DNA from: Candidatus Latescibacterota bacterium
Lineage (GTDB): Bacteria > Latescibacterota > UBA2968
Assembly: GCA_965204375.1 (NCBI GenBank)
Contig: OZ241986.1
Span: 1,088,001 to 1,152,000, forward strand
Reading direction: 5' to 3'
Length of the DNA stretch: 64,000 nucleotides
Shown here: positions 48,169-58,563 of the stretch, in pieces
Layout of the letters: the number at the start of each line of letters is the position of its first letter
Numbering within the stretch: the stretch's first letter is position 1
Notes under the pieces: generated by a model
Told to the model about the DNA's origin: nothing
Databases searched by the model: none
The model's input: only the letters and a program-made list of their open reading frames with translations
Position numbers and translations under genes: made by a program

Positions 48169-48328
48169 TGTTATTCTCCGAAATAGTGATATAGGAATAC
48201 ATGTCGCGTATGAGGTTACGAAATCTATTGTCAAAGTCAAGCCTTTCGCACAAAGCCGTTGACATCCCCCATGGGGGCAATTATCATAGGGCTGAAAACC
48301 GTTATTTTTAACCCATCTGGAGATTAAT

Positions 48329-49255
48329 ATGTCCATTCTCGTCACTGGCGGCTCTGGCTTTGTCGGTTCCTGGGTCGCCAAACTCCTCGCCGAAGAGGGC
48401 GAAGACGTCATCGCTTTTGATATGTTTGAGCGGCACGACGATTTTTTGTCCCCTGTGTCTGATCGCATCACGTTTGTGGAAGGCAATATTCTGGGCTTTG
48501 CACATATCAATGAGATTGTGCGCAATAATCCGGATCTCACGGGTATTGTCCATACTGCCGCGCTTTTGGGGGGAGATGTGCGCGATAACCCTCATTTTGC
48601 GACACAGGTCAATGTGGGGGGGACGCACAATATCCTCGAAGTTGCGCGACAGGTTGGTGGTCTGAAGGTCGTCTATGTATCCAGCGGCGCGGTTTATGGC
48701 AAGCAAGACGGACCGCTGACGGAAGACACGCCCATGATTCCCAGTGATCCCTATGGCGCGACCAAGGCTATGTCGGAACATCTTTGCCATCAGTATTACG
48801 CGACTTATGGCGTCGATGTTCTGTGCGCTCGCCTGTTTTTTCTATATGGTCCTCCCAATGCCCCCGGTCCGGATGCGGGTTTTAATACGCGCATTTTTGC
48901 CGGGTTGAGTGGGCAGGATGTAAGCCTGCCCAAAGGTCGCGATCAAAAGGCGGATTGGACTTATATCGAAGACGCCGCACGGGGTGTTTTGCTCATGCTC
49001 AGGGCGACAAATGCCGCCAGTCGATCTTTTAATATTGCGACGGGCACTTACAATCCCATTGACGAAATTATCGAAGTCGTGCGGCGGCATTCGCCGGGCA
49101 ATCCCCGGTATGAAGTTGGACCGGGTGTCAACCTCGAGCGCGGTGCGCCACTCGATATTACCCTTGCCCGAGACGAACTCGGTTACGAACCCAAATACGA
49201 TCTCGAATCCGGCGTGCGGACTTATCGCGCCTGGTTTGATCAACGGCGTGTGTAA
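48329..49255 (+). CDS. NAD-dependent epimerase/dehydratase
   Basis: TGGSGFVG, SSGAVYG, YGATK, YGP. Confidence 0.9.
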   Translation: MSILVTGGSGFVGSWVAKLLAEEGEDVIAFDMFERHDDFLSPVSDRITFVEGNILGFAHINEIVRNNPDLTGIVHTAALLGGDVRDNPHFATQVNVGGTHNILEVARQVGGLKVVYVSSGAVYGKQDGPLTEDTPMIPSDPYGATKAMSEHLCHQYYATYGVDVLCARLFFLYGPPNAPGPDAGFNTRIFAGLSGQDVSLPKGRDQKADWTYIEDAARGVLLMLRATNAASRSFNIATGTYNPIDEIIEVVRRHSPGNPRYEVGPGVNLERGAPLDITLARDELGYEPKYDLESGVRTYRAWFDQRRV

Positions 49256-49271
49256 ATAACAGGAGAAGACA

Positions 49272-50210
49272 ATGTCAAACAAAACACTTCGCTACTTAGA
49301 CGATGGCAGTATTGAACTGTTTGAAAGGGAAGTGACCGACCCGGGCACGGATGAAGTTCAAATTGAAGGCGGTGCGTGTGGGATATGTTCCTGGGATGTG
49401 GTTACGGCTAAACTCGGTAATCAGATGCACCCGATGGCACCACCGGGGCACGAAGGCGTTGGTTATGTCGCCAAAATAGGTGCTGGTGTCACGGGTTTCA
49501 AAGAGGGGGACCGGGTCGCCGGTGGCGGTTTTGCCAATGTCCGCAACTTATCCTCACAGCGCGTTTTCAAAATTCCAGAATCCGATTTGCCGGACGAATA
49601 CTGGATTGTCGAACCCGTGTCATGTGCTGTTACGGGTATTGACCATTGCCAGATTCAGTCCGGGAATCGCATTGTGGTCGTCGGCTGTGGATTTATGGGC
49701 TTGTTGATCCTGCAAGGGCTTCTGCGCTATCCCCTCGACGATTTGGTCGTTCTGGATATTGTTCAAAGCCGTCTGGACCTCGCGCAACAACTCGGCGTTG
49801 GCGAGGTGTATAACACGGCTGAGGCTGATCTACAAGAACTATCGCGCGAACTCAAGAGTAGAGAGATTGACGTGGTTGTCGATACCTCTGGCAGCCAGGC
49901 CGGGTTGGATCTATCCACCGATATTGTGAAACGCGGTGGGCGCATCAATCTCTTTGGCTGGCTCAAAGGTCAGACCGCCTCTTTTGATCCCACAAAGTGG
50001 CATTTGGGGGGATTTACCGTTGTCAATTCCGCGCCGGCTTCAAAATTGCGAGATACTTTTGGACCTGCGATTCGCCTCATTCACAAAGGTATTATCGATC
50101 TCAAACCACTGGTGACACATACGGCGGCGCTCGAAGATTATCCGGCTTTGATGGCGCAGATTTTGGCGGGTGATGAGAGTTATATCAAAGGGGTTGTGAC
50201 GCTGAAATGA
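49272..50210 (+). CDS. Zinc-binding (MDR) dehydrogenase
   Basis: CGICSWD, GHEGVG, EP, VGCGFMG. Confidence 0.88.
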   Translation: MSNKTLRYLDDGSIELFEREVTDPGTDEVQIEGGACGICSWDVVTAKLGNQMHPMAPPGHEGVGYVAKIGAGVTGFKEGDRVAGGGFANVRNLSSQRVFKIPESDLPDEYWIVEPVSCAVTGIDHCQIQSGNRIVVVGCGFMGLLILQGLLRYPLDDLVVLDIVQSRLDLAQQLGVGEVYNTAEADLQELSRELKSREIDVVVDTSGSQAGLDLSTDIVKRGGRINLFGWLKGQTASFDPTKWHLGGFTVVNSAPASKLRDTFGPAIRLIHKGIIDLKPLVTHTAALEDYPALMAQILAGDESYIKGVVTLK

Positions 50211-50292
50211 CGAATAGACGAATAGACGAATAGACGAATGGTATAATACATACTGATTTTGGGAGGATGGGCGGGGTTCGTTGATTCGTTGA
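50209..50292. repeat. 8-mer tandem repeat with a facing counter-arm
   Basis: GACGAATA x4 (50209-50239, last copy ends in G) and TTCGTTGATTCGTTGA (50277-50292). Confidence 0.75.
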
Positions 50293-50349
50293 TGAACTGC
50301 TGGCGCAGTTGTACCCCGTTCCGTAGATTCGCTGGCATGGGATGAGATT

Positions 50350-51975
50350 ATGAATGCATCAGGTGAAATGCTGTACAATGGGATTGTCTTGCCAGAGGTT
50401 TGGCCGCCTCGCGATGTGGATGAAGGCGGCACGGTACCTCTTCCCGTTCCCTATTTGGACGATCCGCCAGCGGTGATTTGCATCGATCTGGGCAGGCAGT
50501 TGTTTGTAGATGATTTTTTGATTGCATCTACCTCTCTGACAAGGGTTTTTGGCGAGTCAAAAATCCATGAGGCGAGTCCCGTTCTGAGTCCTGAGACGGA
50601 TGACGAGATGGACAATGGCTATTGTCCAATGGCTGCACCGTTTAATGACGGCGCGTGGTACGATCCCGAAGATGGGTTGTTTAAGCTGTGGTACATGCCG
50701 GGCTGGTTTCACAGTACGGCACTGGCAATAAGCCGGGATGGCATCCACTGGGAGCGTCCGGACCTCGATGTTGTGCGCGGCACAAATCTCGTATGGCCCA
50801 ATCTGGATGGATACGATAGAGACGGGTGTCTGGTGTGGCTGGATCACGATGCGGAAAGGCCCGAAGAACGTTTTAAGATGTTTCAATATTATCGGTATGA
50901 TACAGGAGGAAACGCGACTGCCTCAGAAGGCTGGTTGCACACATCGCCCGATGGGATTCACTGGTCCGACCCCGTTGTGACAACACCCGTGGGCGATAAT
51001 ACGTCATTTTTTTACAATCCATTTCGCAAAAAGTGGTGTATGAGTATTCGGCGACAGAGTGCCAATTTGCGCGCGCGATTTTATCGGGAGTGCGATGATT
51101 TTTTGCCTACATGGGATCAGGGTCGAGACGAGGTTCTCTGGCAGCGCATTGACAGTCTCGCTTTACCCGATCCCGCACTGCCCGATCACCGGGTCGCACT
51201 TTACGATGTGAATGCAACGCCTTATGAGAGTTTAATGCTGGGGCTGTTCGCAATTTTTCGCGGGCCTGAAAATGATATTTGTGCGGAAAAGGGCGTGCCC
51301 AAAACAATGGATTTGGAATTGGGGTATAGTCGCGATGGGTTTCATTTTAGCCGCCCAAACCGCACGCCTTTTCTCGCGTCGTCGCGCCGTATTGGCGATT
51401 GGAATCGGGCGTATTTGCACGCGGTGGGCGGCGTTTGTCTGGTGGTGGGGGATGAAGTGTGGATTTATTTTACGGGCTTTTCCGGTCAGTCGCCAAAGCT
51501 CGGCAAGACAGATGTGGGGGCGATCGGGCGAAGTCGGCGCGTGATGTATGCAGGCGCGAGTACGGGGTTGGCAACTATTCGGAGAGACGGTTTTGCATCT
51601 ATGGATGCAGGTGCCAGTGGTGGTGTGCTGACTACGCGCCCTGTGGTTTTTAAGGGGCGTCGGTTATTTGTGAATGTGGAGACGCCGGGCGGTGAATTGC
51701 GGGTAGAAGTATTAGAAGAAAATGGGCGACCGGTCGAAGGTTTAACTGCGGACCAGTGTGTGCCGCTTCGCGTGGATCGCACCTGTTGCGAGGTTTTGTG
51801 GACTTCTGGAAAAAATTTATCTTCGATTGCTGGGCGTCCTGTAGCGTTCAGGTTTTATTTGCGTTCGGGGCGATTATTTTCGTTTTGGGTTACGGATGAT
51901 CCCAATGGAGCGAGTTCTGGATATCTGGCAGCCGGTGGACCCGGTTGTATAAATGGCCGGGATTTGCCTGGGTGA
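50350..51975 (+). CDS. Five-bladed beta-propeller glycoside hydrolase-like protein (GH32/43-like)
   Basis: GRQLFVDDFLI, SRDGIHW, SPDGIHW, SRDGFHF Asp-box-like repeats, RRDGFASM. Confidence 0.75.
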   Translation: MNASGEMLYNGIVLPEVWPPRDVDEGGTVPLPVPYLDDPPAVICIDLGRQLFVDDFLIASTSLTRVFGESKIHEASPVLSPETDDEMDNGYCPMAAPFNDGAWYDPEDGLFKLWYMPGWFHSTALAISRDGIHWERPDLDVVRGTNLVWPNLDGYDRDGCLVWLDHDAERPEERFKMFQYYRYDTGGNATASEGWLHTSPDGIHWSDPVVTTPVGDNTSFFYNPFRKKWCMSIRRQSANLRARFYRECDDFLPTWDQGRDEVLWQRIDSLALPDPALPDHRVALYDVNATPYESLMLGLFAIFRGPENDICAEKGVPKTMDLELGYSRDGFHFSRPNRTPFLASSRRIGDWNRAYLHAVGGVCLVVGDEVWIYFTGFSGQSPKLGKTDVGAIGRSRRVMYAGASTGLATIRRDGFASMDAGASGGVLTTRPVVFKGRRLFVNVETPGGELRVEVLEENGRPVEGLTADQCVPLRVDRTCCEVLWTSGKNLSSIAGRPVAFRFYLRSGRLFSFWVTDDPNGASSGYLAAGGPGCINGRDLPG

Positions 51976-51993
51976 TGAATATAGGAGAAAAAA

Positions 51994-52998
51994 ATGAGTC
52001 GAGAAATGGGTGTTGGTATTGTCGGGTATGGAAAAGTTGCTACGGGGGCACACAGGAACTGGATTAACAATCGAGCAGATACGCGGTTGGCAGCCGTGTG
52101 CGATATGACCGAGGTGCGACGTCAGGCGGCTGCAAAGGATAATCCCGAGGCGGCGATTTACGAGCATTTTGGCGACTTGCTATCGGATGATGACGTTCAA
52201 CTGGTTGTTGTGACCACACCGCCGAATACGCATTGCGAACTGGCAGTGCAGGCTGCTGAGGCGGGTAAGCATGTGTTTGTGGATAAGCCGTTTGCGATGA
52301 CGCGCGCCGAAGCCGAACAGATGATTGATGCTGCCGAGCAGGCCAGTGTGGTGATTCATTGCCATCAGTCGCGGCGATATGACGGGGAGTATCGGGCGAT
52401 TGTGAAGTGTGTGGAAAGTGGGCGCATCGGGGAGGTACAGCACGTGCGCCGGGTGTGGTCGCAATACGGCGAAGGATGGACTAAGTGGGGGATTGAGGGC
52501 TTTAATCCGACGTGGCGCATTCAGCGCGATTACGGCGGTGGAATGGTGTACGATTACGCACCGCACTGTGGCGATCAGGTGCTCCGGCTCGTCGATCGTT
52601 CGTTAAAAGCCGTGTCGGCAGATGCGCGTGGTATTGTGTTCAGCGATGAGGTAGATGACCATTTTTCATGTTTGATGCGGTTTGAAGGGGGTGCAACAGC
52701 GTATCTGGAGGCGAGCAATATGACGATACTGCCCGCACCTCACTGGTATGTGGTGGGTACAAAAGGGTGTATTACCGCGCAGGGGGTCAATAGCCAAATC
52801 ACTGTGCAGACGGAAGATATGGATGCTGCCGAGACAATGGAGGCGGTCCACGAACGCGATCAGCTCTATGAAAATTTGATCGCCGCGTGCCGGGGGGAGG
52901 CAAAGCCCAATGTGACGCCCGATCAGTTGCGCGCCTCGATGGGTTTGATTGACGCGATTTTTGAATCGGCAAAGACGGGACAGCAGGTGACGATTTAG
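51994..52998 (+). CDS. Gfo/Idh/MocA family oxidoreductase
   Basis: GIVGYG, GKHVFVDKP, GGGMVYD...H. Confidence 0.9.
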   Translation: MSREMGVGIVGYGKVATGAHRNWINNRADTRLAAVCDMTEVRRQAAAKDNPEAAIYEHFGDLLSDDDVQLVVVTTPPNTHCELAVQAAEAGKHVFVDKPFAMTRAEAEQMIDAAEQASVVIHCHQSRRYDGEYRAIVKCVESGRIGEVQHVRRVWSQYGEGWTKWGIEGFNPTWRIQRDYGGGMVYDYAPHCGDQVLRLVDRSLKAVSADARGIVFSDEVDDHFSCLMRFEGGATAYLEASNMTILPAPHWYVVGTKGCITAQGVNSQITVQTEDMDAAETMEAVHERDQLYENLIAACRGEAKPNVTPDQLRASMGLIDAIFESAKTGQQVTI

Positions 52999-53720
52999 GT
53001 AGGCTTTGTCCAGTAGGGTTCGAGTCTGTCCTGGGGTTCAAAGCCGAGTATTGTGCGTGCGCGCGCGTTTGGGAAGCGATTGTGCGGCAGGTCTGTGGTG
53101 ACGAAGAAGACTTCAAAGCGCGATGGGAGCGTTTGAAGATCGACTTCTATGGCGCACTTAACGGCTTGTGCGGCATCTCTGGCCGATATGCTGAGGGTGC
53201 TGTCATCGGTGTTATGTGGATCGGCTGTGGGGTTTCGAAAGCGCGAGAAGATGAGCGAGAGGATGTGTAGCGAATGGTGTTCGCTGAAGAGTCGGCAGAT
53301 TTCGAGGCCGAGTCCTTTGCTCATCGCATAGAGTTCCGTGCCGGATTGTGGGGGAATTTTTTCAGTAATGGTATGGTCGTAATCGAGATAGGAAGGGCCG
53401 ACGAGTGAAAAGCGCGGTCCCGTGTTGATAAAGCGTTTCATGCCACAGGCAACTGCGGCGCGGAGTGCGTTGTGCGTTCCCATTGTGTTCACGCCAAAAG
53501 CAATTTTGCGATGGGTGCGCTGAACAGAGCAGTTGATGATGACGTCCATACCCTCCGCAGCGGACATGACTTGAGCAAAATCGGATACATTGACCTGCCG
53601 CATGTCGTGCGGTGTATCGATGGGCATGAGGTCGGTGACGCGAAGCTGGTGGTGGTCTTCGAGTGCTTTGACGACATAAGGACCGAGAAAACCATTGCCA
53701 CCGAGGATAAGGATTTTCAT
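52995..53720 (-). CDS. NAD(P)-dependent epimerase/oxidoreductase (uronate dehydrogenase-like)
   Basis: LGGNGFLG, YAMSK; start moved to ATG 53720. Confidence 0.8.
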   Translation of the reverse strand: MKILILGGNGFLGPYVVKALEDHHQLRVTDLMPIDTPHDMRQVNVSDFAQVMSAAEGMDVIINCSVQRTHRKIAFGVNTMGTHNALRAAVACGMKRFINTGPRFSLVGPSYLDYDHTITEKIPPQSGTELYAMSKGLGLEICRLFSEHHSLHILSLIFSRFRNPTADPHNTDDSTLSISARDAAQAVKCAIEVDLQTLPSRFEVFFVTTDLPHNRFPNARARTILGFEPQDRLEPYWTKPT

Positions 53721-53724
53721 GGGA

Positions 53725-54531
53725 TTATTGGGTGACGCGCGGGCGATTTGTGCGGTAGGGTGGCTCGAGCAGGGCGCGTTGTGTGGGTGTAAATTCGTCG
53801 AGCGCGTTTTCAACATCTGGTGGCAAATACCGCGCTGAATAGGTCAGGGTGCCAGGCGAATATTTGTAGAGAATGGATCTGCGTTGATGATCGGCTGTCC
53901 AGGGGAGCGTGCCGTGTGCGAGTGCTTCTGTGAAGATGATGGCCGACCCCGCCTTTGCCGGGATTTGCTTTACTACACCCATATCTCGATCTACACGTGC
54001 GACATCGCGGGGTGTTTTGTAATTGGATTTGTGGCTGCCGGGAATGCAGGCAAATCCGCCCTCGCCGGGGTTGCAATCGGTGAGTACCCACGAGACTACG
54101 GTGAGGCCACAGCGCATGCGTCCGTTGTGAAATTGATAGAAGTGCGTGAGGTCGTCGGCCGTGCCTCCGCCGTGTATGACATGGCCTTCGGCCCCTTTTT
54201 CCATGATGATGCCATAGAGGTGGTCGAGACGGCAGTCTTCGCGCAGCAATTCGGCGAGGTAGGGTACGATGTTTGGATGGGCGAGTAAATCGCGGAAGGG
54301 TTGGCACCAGGGTTTGGGCCAGGTGAGCATGCCACCCAGATCGGTGCGCCCGTGTTTGCCCTTGAGTGTTTTGGACTCGCCGGAGAGGGATTGCTCTGGC
54401 GGGCGAATGCGCATCCTGTCGGGGTTGTTGTCAATGGCTTTGTTACACGCGGCAATTTCTTCGGGTGTTAAAGCGTTTTCGACGACGAGGTAGCCGTTGA
54501 GGTCAAAGAAGAATTTTTCGTGTTCGTCCAT
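53725..54531 (-). CDS. Phytanoyl-CoA dioxygenase (PhyH) family protein
   Basis: FFDLNGYLVV, HGG, IPGSHK, AGSAIIF.EAL.HG, RR. Confidence 0.88.
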   Translation of the reverse strand: MDEHEKFFFDLNGYLVVENALTPEEIAACNKAIDNNPDRMRIRPPEQSLSGESKTLKGKHGRTDLGGMLTWPKPWCQPFRDLLAHPNIVPYLAELLREDCRLDHLYGIIMEKGAEGHVIHGGGTADDLTHFYQFHNGRMRCGLTVVSWVLTDCNPGEGGFACIPGSHKSNYKTPRDVARVDRDMGVVKQIPAKAGSAIIFTEALAHGTLPWTADHQRRSILYKYSPGTLTYSARYLPPDVENALDEFTPTQRALLEPPYRTNRPRVTQ

Positions 54532-54567
54532 GTTCGGGAGTCCTATTTGGTTTGGTGAGAAGGTCTC

Positions 54568-54774
54568 TTAATCGTCATCACCCTCATCCCGTCTCATCCG
54601 ATAGCGACCAATCCGCCGTATCAAAATCCACACGAGTCCAATGAGTGCGATATATTGCACCATATCCCAGATCCAGCCCTGCCAGCCCAGGATGCCCGGC
54701 CAGAGTGCCCCGATGCACAGGATGATAAATGCGTCTTCCAGAATTAGCCACAGCGGTCGCTCATTCATTTCCAT
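54568..54774 (-). CDS. Small two-helix membrane protein
   Basis: Two hydrophobic segments; overlaps the transglycosylase stop. Confidence 0.6.
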   Translation of the reverse strand: MEMNERPLWLILEDAFIILCIGALWPGILGWQGWIWDMVQYIALIGLVWILIRRIGRYRMRRDEGDDD

Positions 54775-56938
54775 ATCCCAATGATATTTCTACCTCTGAC
54801 TGCGCATTATTGAGGTAAGAATAAACGCGATAATTTCGATATACGAGTTTCACATAATTGCGGGTTTCTTTATAGGGAATGCGCTCTATAAATTCATCGA
54901 CATCGCGTTTTGTCAGGGTGTTTGCCCACCGTTTTGCAGCATCCAGACCCGCGTTGTAAGCCGATAGTGCCAAACTAAGTTGCCTGTGTTTATCTTTTCG
55001 AAATGCCCTCATGTGGTCGGAGAGATGTTTTCCGCCCAATAAAATTGACGTTTGGGGATCGTGGAGGTCTTCGGTTGAAAAATTTTTGAGCTTGACAAGT
55101 CGGGCCATGTCCCGTCCCGTTTGTGGCATTACTTGCATCAGTCCACGTGCGCCAGCGCGAGATACAGCGGTTGTATTAAACGCGCTTTCCTGTCGCATGA
55201 TGGCGATCATGAGATTGGGATCCAGATTCATTTTTCGCGCTATCTGGTTGATCTCGCCCCAATAATACGTTGGATACAATCGACGGAATGAGGCCCGCGT
55301 CATGGATATCCCCTGTGCGCGTTCCAGCATTACAATCTGTGCGGAAATTTGAAGTGCCTTGTGCATGGCGCGAACGCGCTCATAGCGCGGCTTCAAATCA
55401 TCCAGCGCGAATAAATTGCGCCCGAGAATCCGCCGAGCGCGGTCGTATTCTCGCTCGGCATCTCGATATAACCCGATAGACGCCAATATATCTCCTTTTG
55501 GGATATACTTCGAAGGCGTATAGGATTGACCAACTGACAAGTGTTCGCCCGGTTGGGGCACTTCAATATAGGCATTTTCTGTTTTGCCCAGGACCGCATG
55601 GGCGCGTGTTGAGTAATAAGAGGTGGGAAACCCTTCTGAGGCGCGTTCAATCCAGAATCGCGCTTCTGCTTTTTGTCCCAATTTTTGATAACTTTTGCCC
55701 GCCCAGTAATACCCCTGATCGCGTAGATGACTCGCAGTGGTCTGGCGCGATAGGCGCAAAAAGGCTTTGGACGCAGCCGTGTATTGCCGCGTTTGATAAA
55801 GCGCGAATCCCGCACGCCACGCCGCCTGGTCGGCATAAGTGCTTTTGGGATAGGCTTTTGCCAGTGCTATAAATAGTTTGCGCGCATCGCTGTGACGTCC
55901 CCGCCGCTCATAGGCCATGGCCGCTTGCCAGAGTGCTTCGGGTGCGGTCCTTGCATTGGGATAGCGGCGCACAAATTCTCGAAACCGCGTTGTTCCCGTC
56001 AAATCGTGCCCGCGCTTGATGGCACATCGGCCCAGATAAAAAAGTGCTTCGGGCACATGATACACTTTGAAGGCGCGGTCAAACGCGCTTTCGGCTTTGA
56101 GATATTTTCGACTGCGATAATATACATGGCCCAGTTCATATTGCGCTTTCCCCCGCCATGTGACATCTTGGGATTCATCGATCACGCGGCGCAATAAAAC
56201 GATAGCCTGTTGATATTTTCCGGCGTGCATACAGGCCACACCCGCGTAAAACAATTCTTCAGCACCGCGCATATCACTGAGCGTGGGGAGCATTTTGTAA
56301 GCGGCCGGATGTTTGGGATAGTTTTTGATCAATTTCAAGCGCATCTCGCGCGCAGCAACAGAATCGCCTAGAGCCGTCCTTGCCTCGACCATTCCGGCAA
56401 GTGCATCGCCTTCGCGCGGATGCTTGCCAATAAGTGTTTGATAATATGCGATAGCACCTTCTGCATTGCCCTGGGCAAGCGCGGCCCTCGCGGCATTGAG
56501 TGTCGCCTGATCTCCGAGCAAACTCACTGGTTTCATGTGCAGGATTTTTGCATAATGATTTTCAGCGTCTTTAGCTTGTCCCAAAGCCTCGGCGCATTGT
56601 CCCATCCAAAAAGCCACATAATCGGCAATTTCTGGGCGCGTGGTGCCTGGAGACTGAAAAATTGTCAGTGCGTCTGAGTATTTGCCCTGGTGCATTAGAC
56701 AAATTGCGCGTTGTAACGCGGCGGTGTGCGTATCCCAGGCATCGCGCTGGGTAGTATCCATATTGTCGAGTGCAGATAATGCTTCGGTGAATTTTTGCTG
56801 TGCAATTAGTTCTGCAACCCGAAAAATGGGATCGCGTTGTTCTCCCATCCCCAAATAGCCAACTATTACAAATACGGCGATAAAGGGGAAGGCGAATAAC
56901 GCGATACGACTCACTAATTCGTTTTTGAAAAATGGCAT
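54761..56938 (-). CDS. TPR-containing soluble lytic murein transglycosylase (Slt-like)
   Basis: MRQESAF, GARGLMQVMP, AYNAG, IPYKETRNYV; TPR repeats; exact start uncertain. Confidence 0.88.
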   Translation of the reverse strand: MPFFKNELVSRIALFAFPFIAVFVIVGYLGMGEQRDPIFRVAELIAQQKFTEALSALDNMDTTQRDAWDTHTAALQRAICLMHQGKYSDALTIFQSPGTTRPEIADYVAFWMGQCAEALGQAKDAENHYAKILHMKPVSLLGDQATLNAARAALAQGNAEGAIAYYQTLIGKHPREGDALAGMVEARTALGDSVAAREMRLKLIKNYPKHPAAYKMLPTLSDMRGAEELFYAGVACMHAGKYQQAIVLLRRVIDESQDVTWRGKAQYELGHVYYRSRKYLKAESAFDRAFKVYHVPEALFYLGRCAIKRGHDLTGTTRFREFVRRYPNARTAPEALWQAAMAYERRGRHSDARKLFIALAKAYPKSTYADQAAWRAGFALYQTRQYTAASKAFLRLSRQTTASHLRDQGYYWAGKSYQKLGQKAEARFWIERASEGFPTSYYSTRAHAVLGKTENAYIEVPQPGEHLSVGQSYTPSKYIPKGDILASIGLYRDAEREYDRARRILGRNLFALDDLKPRYERVRAMHKALQISAQIVMLERAQGISMTRASFRRLYPTYYWGEINQIARKMNLDPNLMIAIMRQESAFNTTAVSRAGARGLMQVMPQTGRDMARLVKLKNFSTEDLHDPQTSILLGGKHLSDHMRAFRKDKHRQLSLALSAYNAGLDAAKRWANTLTKRDVDEFIERIPYKETRNYVKLVYRNYRVYSYLNNAQSEVEISLGYGNE

Positions 56939-57009
56939 TGTGAAAGCCTTTGCGATGAGGTTCTTAAAAAAATTGTAGTCCATAATGCACGCAATGTCAA
57001 GATACAAAA

Positions 57010-57160
57010 GCATCCGCAGATGACGCAGAAAAAAACGCGAGTAATTTGAGCGTTTTTCGCAGATAAAAACAAAGTGACAGGCGGGGTGGGGTTGGGCGGG
57101 CTGACTTCTGATAGCTGATTGCTTGGACTGGGCTGAGGGGACTGGCTACTGACAACTGAT
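57010..57160 (+). repeat. Stacked short repeats (CGCAGAT and CTGAnnn families) in a divergent intergenic region
   Basis: CCGCAGATGACGCAGAA...CGCAGAT; CTGACTT-CTGATAG-CTGATTG; CTGGCTA-CTGACAA-CTGA. Confidence 0.6.
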
Positions 57161-57177
57161 TTTAAATAGGAGTTTTT

Positions 57178-58551
57178 ATGAAAGCACTGATTCTCGCGGC
57201 AGGAAAAGGCGAGCGGTTTTTTCCATTTAATGTCTTTCGCCCCAAGCCGATGTTTCCAATATGCAATCGCCCGCTTTTGGAGTGGACGGTTTCGCGTCTG
57301 GTCGATGCGGGTATTACGGATGTTGGCATTGTGGTGGGGCATCGAGGCGGTCGAGCGCGCAATTATTTTGGCAGTGGACAGCGATTTGGCTGTCAAATGA
57401 CTTATATTGAGCAACCGCAGCCAAAAGGCACGGCGCATGCGGTGGGACTGGCGTCTGATTTTATTGGTGCTGATGATGTTCTGGTTATTTTCGGAGATGT
57501 TTTTTTTGGTGCGAATGCAATCCCACATCTGTTAGATGTGTTTAGAGATAGAAACTGTTCTGGAGTCGCTGGTATTGTGCAGGTTGACGATCTCACATCT
57601 CATATACGCGCACATGTCGAAAAGGACCAGAGCTTGTCTTCTTACACCTATAAACCCCGCGGTGGATCGGGACAGGCACTGTCTGGTCTCTATGTTTTCA
57701 AAAATGAACTTTTGTCCGATCTGGACAATACTTCCGATTTTGTGCCGCGAACCCAATATGGTATCTTTCCGCCTGAAGGGAAGGAAATTTGCGATGTTAT
57801 CCCATTGCTTTACGGCGAAGGACGTGCGCTTGTTGCGGTCGATTTGCCCGGACCGTGGTTCGATATGGATCTGCCCTGGCATCCGAAAAATGTCTCGCTT
57901 ATGGCACTTGCAGAAATGGCTGATGCACTCACAGAGTCCGTTGTTGCGCCAACGGCTACGGTCGATCCCGACGCCCGCATTCGCGGTCCCGTCTTTGTCG
58001 ATGAAAATGCCACGATTGCCCGAGATGCCTATATTGAAGGTCCGGTCTGGATCGGGAAAGATACGGAGATATTGGAAGGATCTCATATCGCATCCCGTAC
58101 TGTGATCGGCGATCGCTGCAAAATTGGTCCTTTTGCCAAGGTATCGGGTACGGTAGATACCAACTGCCACATTACCTATTTGGGTGAGTTTGGCGGTATT
58201 ATGCTCGAAGAAGGTCGCGTGACCCATCAGATTCAGCTTTCGGGTATTTTTGGCGAGCGTGCAGAAATAGGTGCGGGTACACAGGTGGGCACGCTGCGCT
58301 TTGACGATGCGGAGATTGAGGTCGAAGTTCAGGGTATTCGCCGAAAAGCACCCGGTTTTACCGGCGTGTTGTTTGGGGATTACTCGCGTACGGGTATTGG
58401 CGCGATGATTATGCCCGGCCGCATTGTGGGGCCATGTGCGATGGTGGGCGCGGGCGTGGTGCTGATGAAAAACGCGCCGCCGTACAAAGCCGTGCTCGTC
58501 AAGCAGGAACTCGATGTCGTTGACTGGTCGCCCGAGATATATGACCGATAA
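57178..58551 (+). CDS. Sugar-1-phosphate nucleotidylyltransferase with hexapeptide-repeat domain (archaeal GlmU-like)
   Basis: ILAAGKGERF, KPM.PI, Q..PKGTAHA, left-handed beta-helix repeats. Confidence 0.82.
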   Translation: MKALILAAGKGERFFPFNVFRPKPMFPICNRPLLEWTVSRLVDAGITDVGIVVGHRGGRARNYFGSGQRFGCQMTYIEQPQPKGTAHAVGLASDFIGADDVLVIFGDVFFGANAIPHLLDVFRDRNCSGVAGIVQVDDLTSHIRAHVEKDQSLSSYTYKPRGGSGQALSGLYVFKNELLSDLDNTSDFVPRTQYGIFPPEGKEICDVIPLLYGEGRALVAVDLPGPWFDMDLPWHPKNVSLMALAEMADALTESVVAPTATVDPDARIRGPVFVDENATIARDAYIEGPVWIGKDTEILEGSHIASRTVIGDRCKIGPFAKVSGTVDTNCHITYLGEFGGIMLEEGRVTHQIQLSGIFGERAEIGAGTQVGTLRFDDAEIEVEVQGIRRKAPGFTGVLFGDYSRTGIGAMIMPGRIVGPCAMVGAGVVLMKNAPPYKAVLVKQELDVVDWSPEIYDR

Positions 58552-58563
58552 CTGCTGTTACCG

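Noticed and set aside
50209-50239. CRISPR array at this and other repeat stacks
   Set aside because: Units are 7-10 nt with no unique spacers, and there are no cas genes
56904-56916. ATACGACTCACTA, matching part of the T7 promoter
   Set aside because: Partial match inside a coding region, lacking the TA prefix and TAG start; chance
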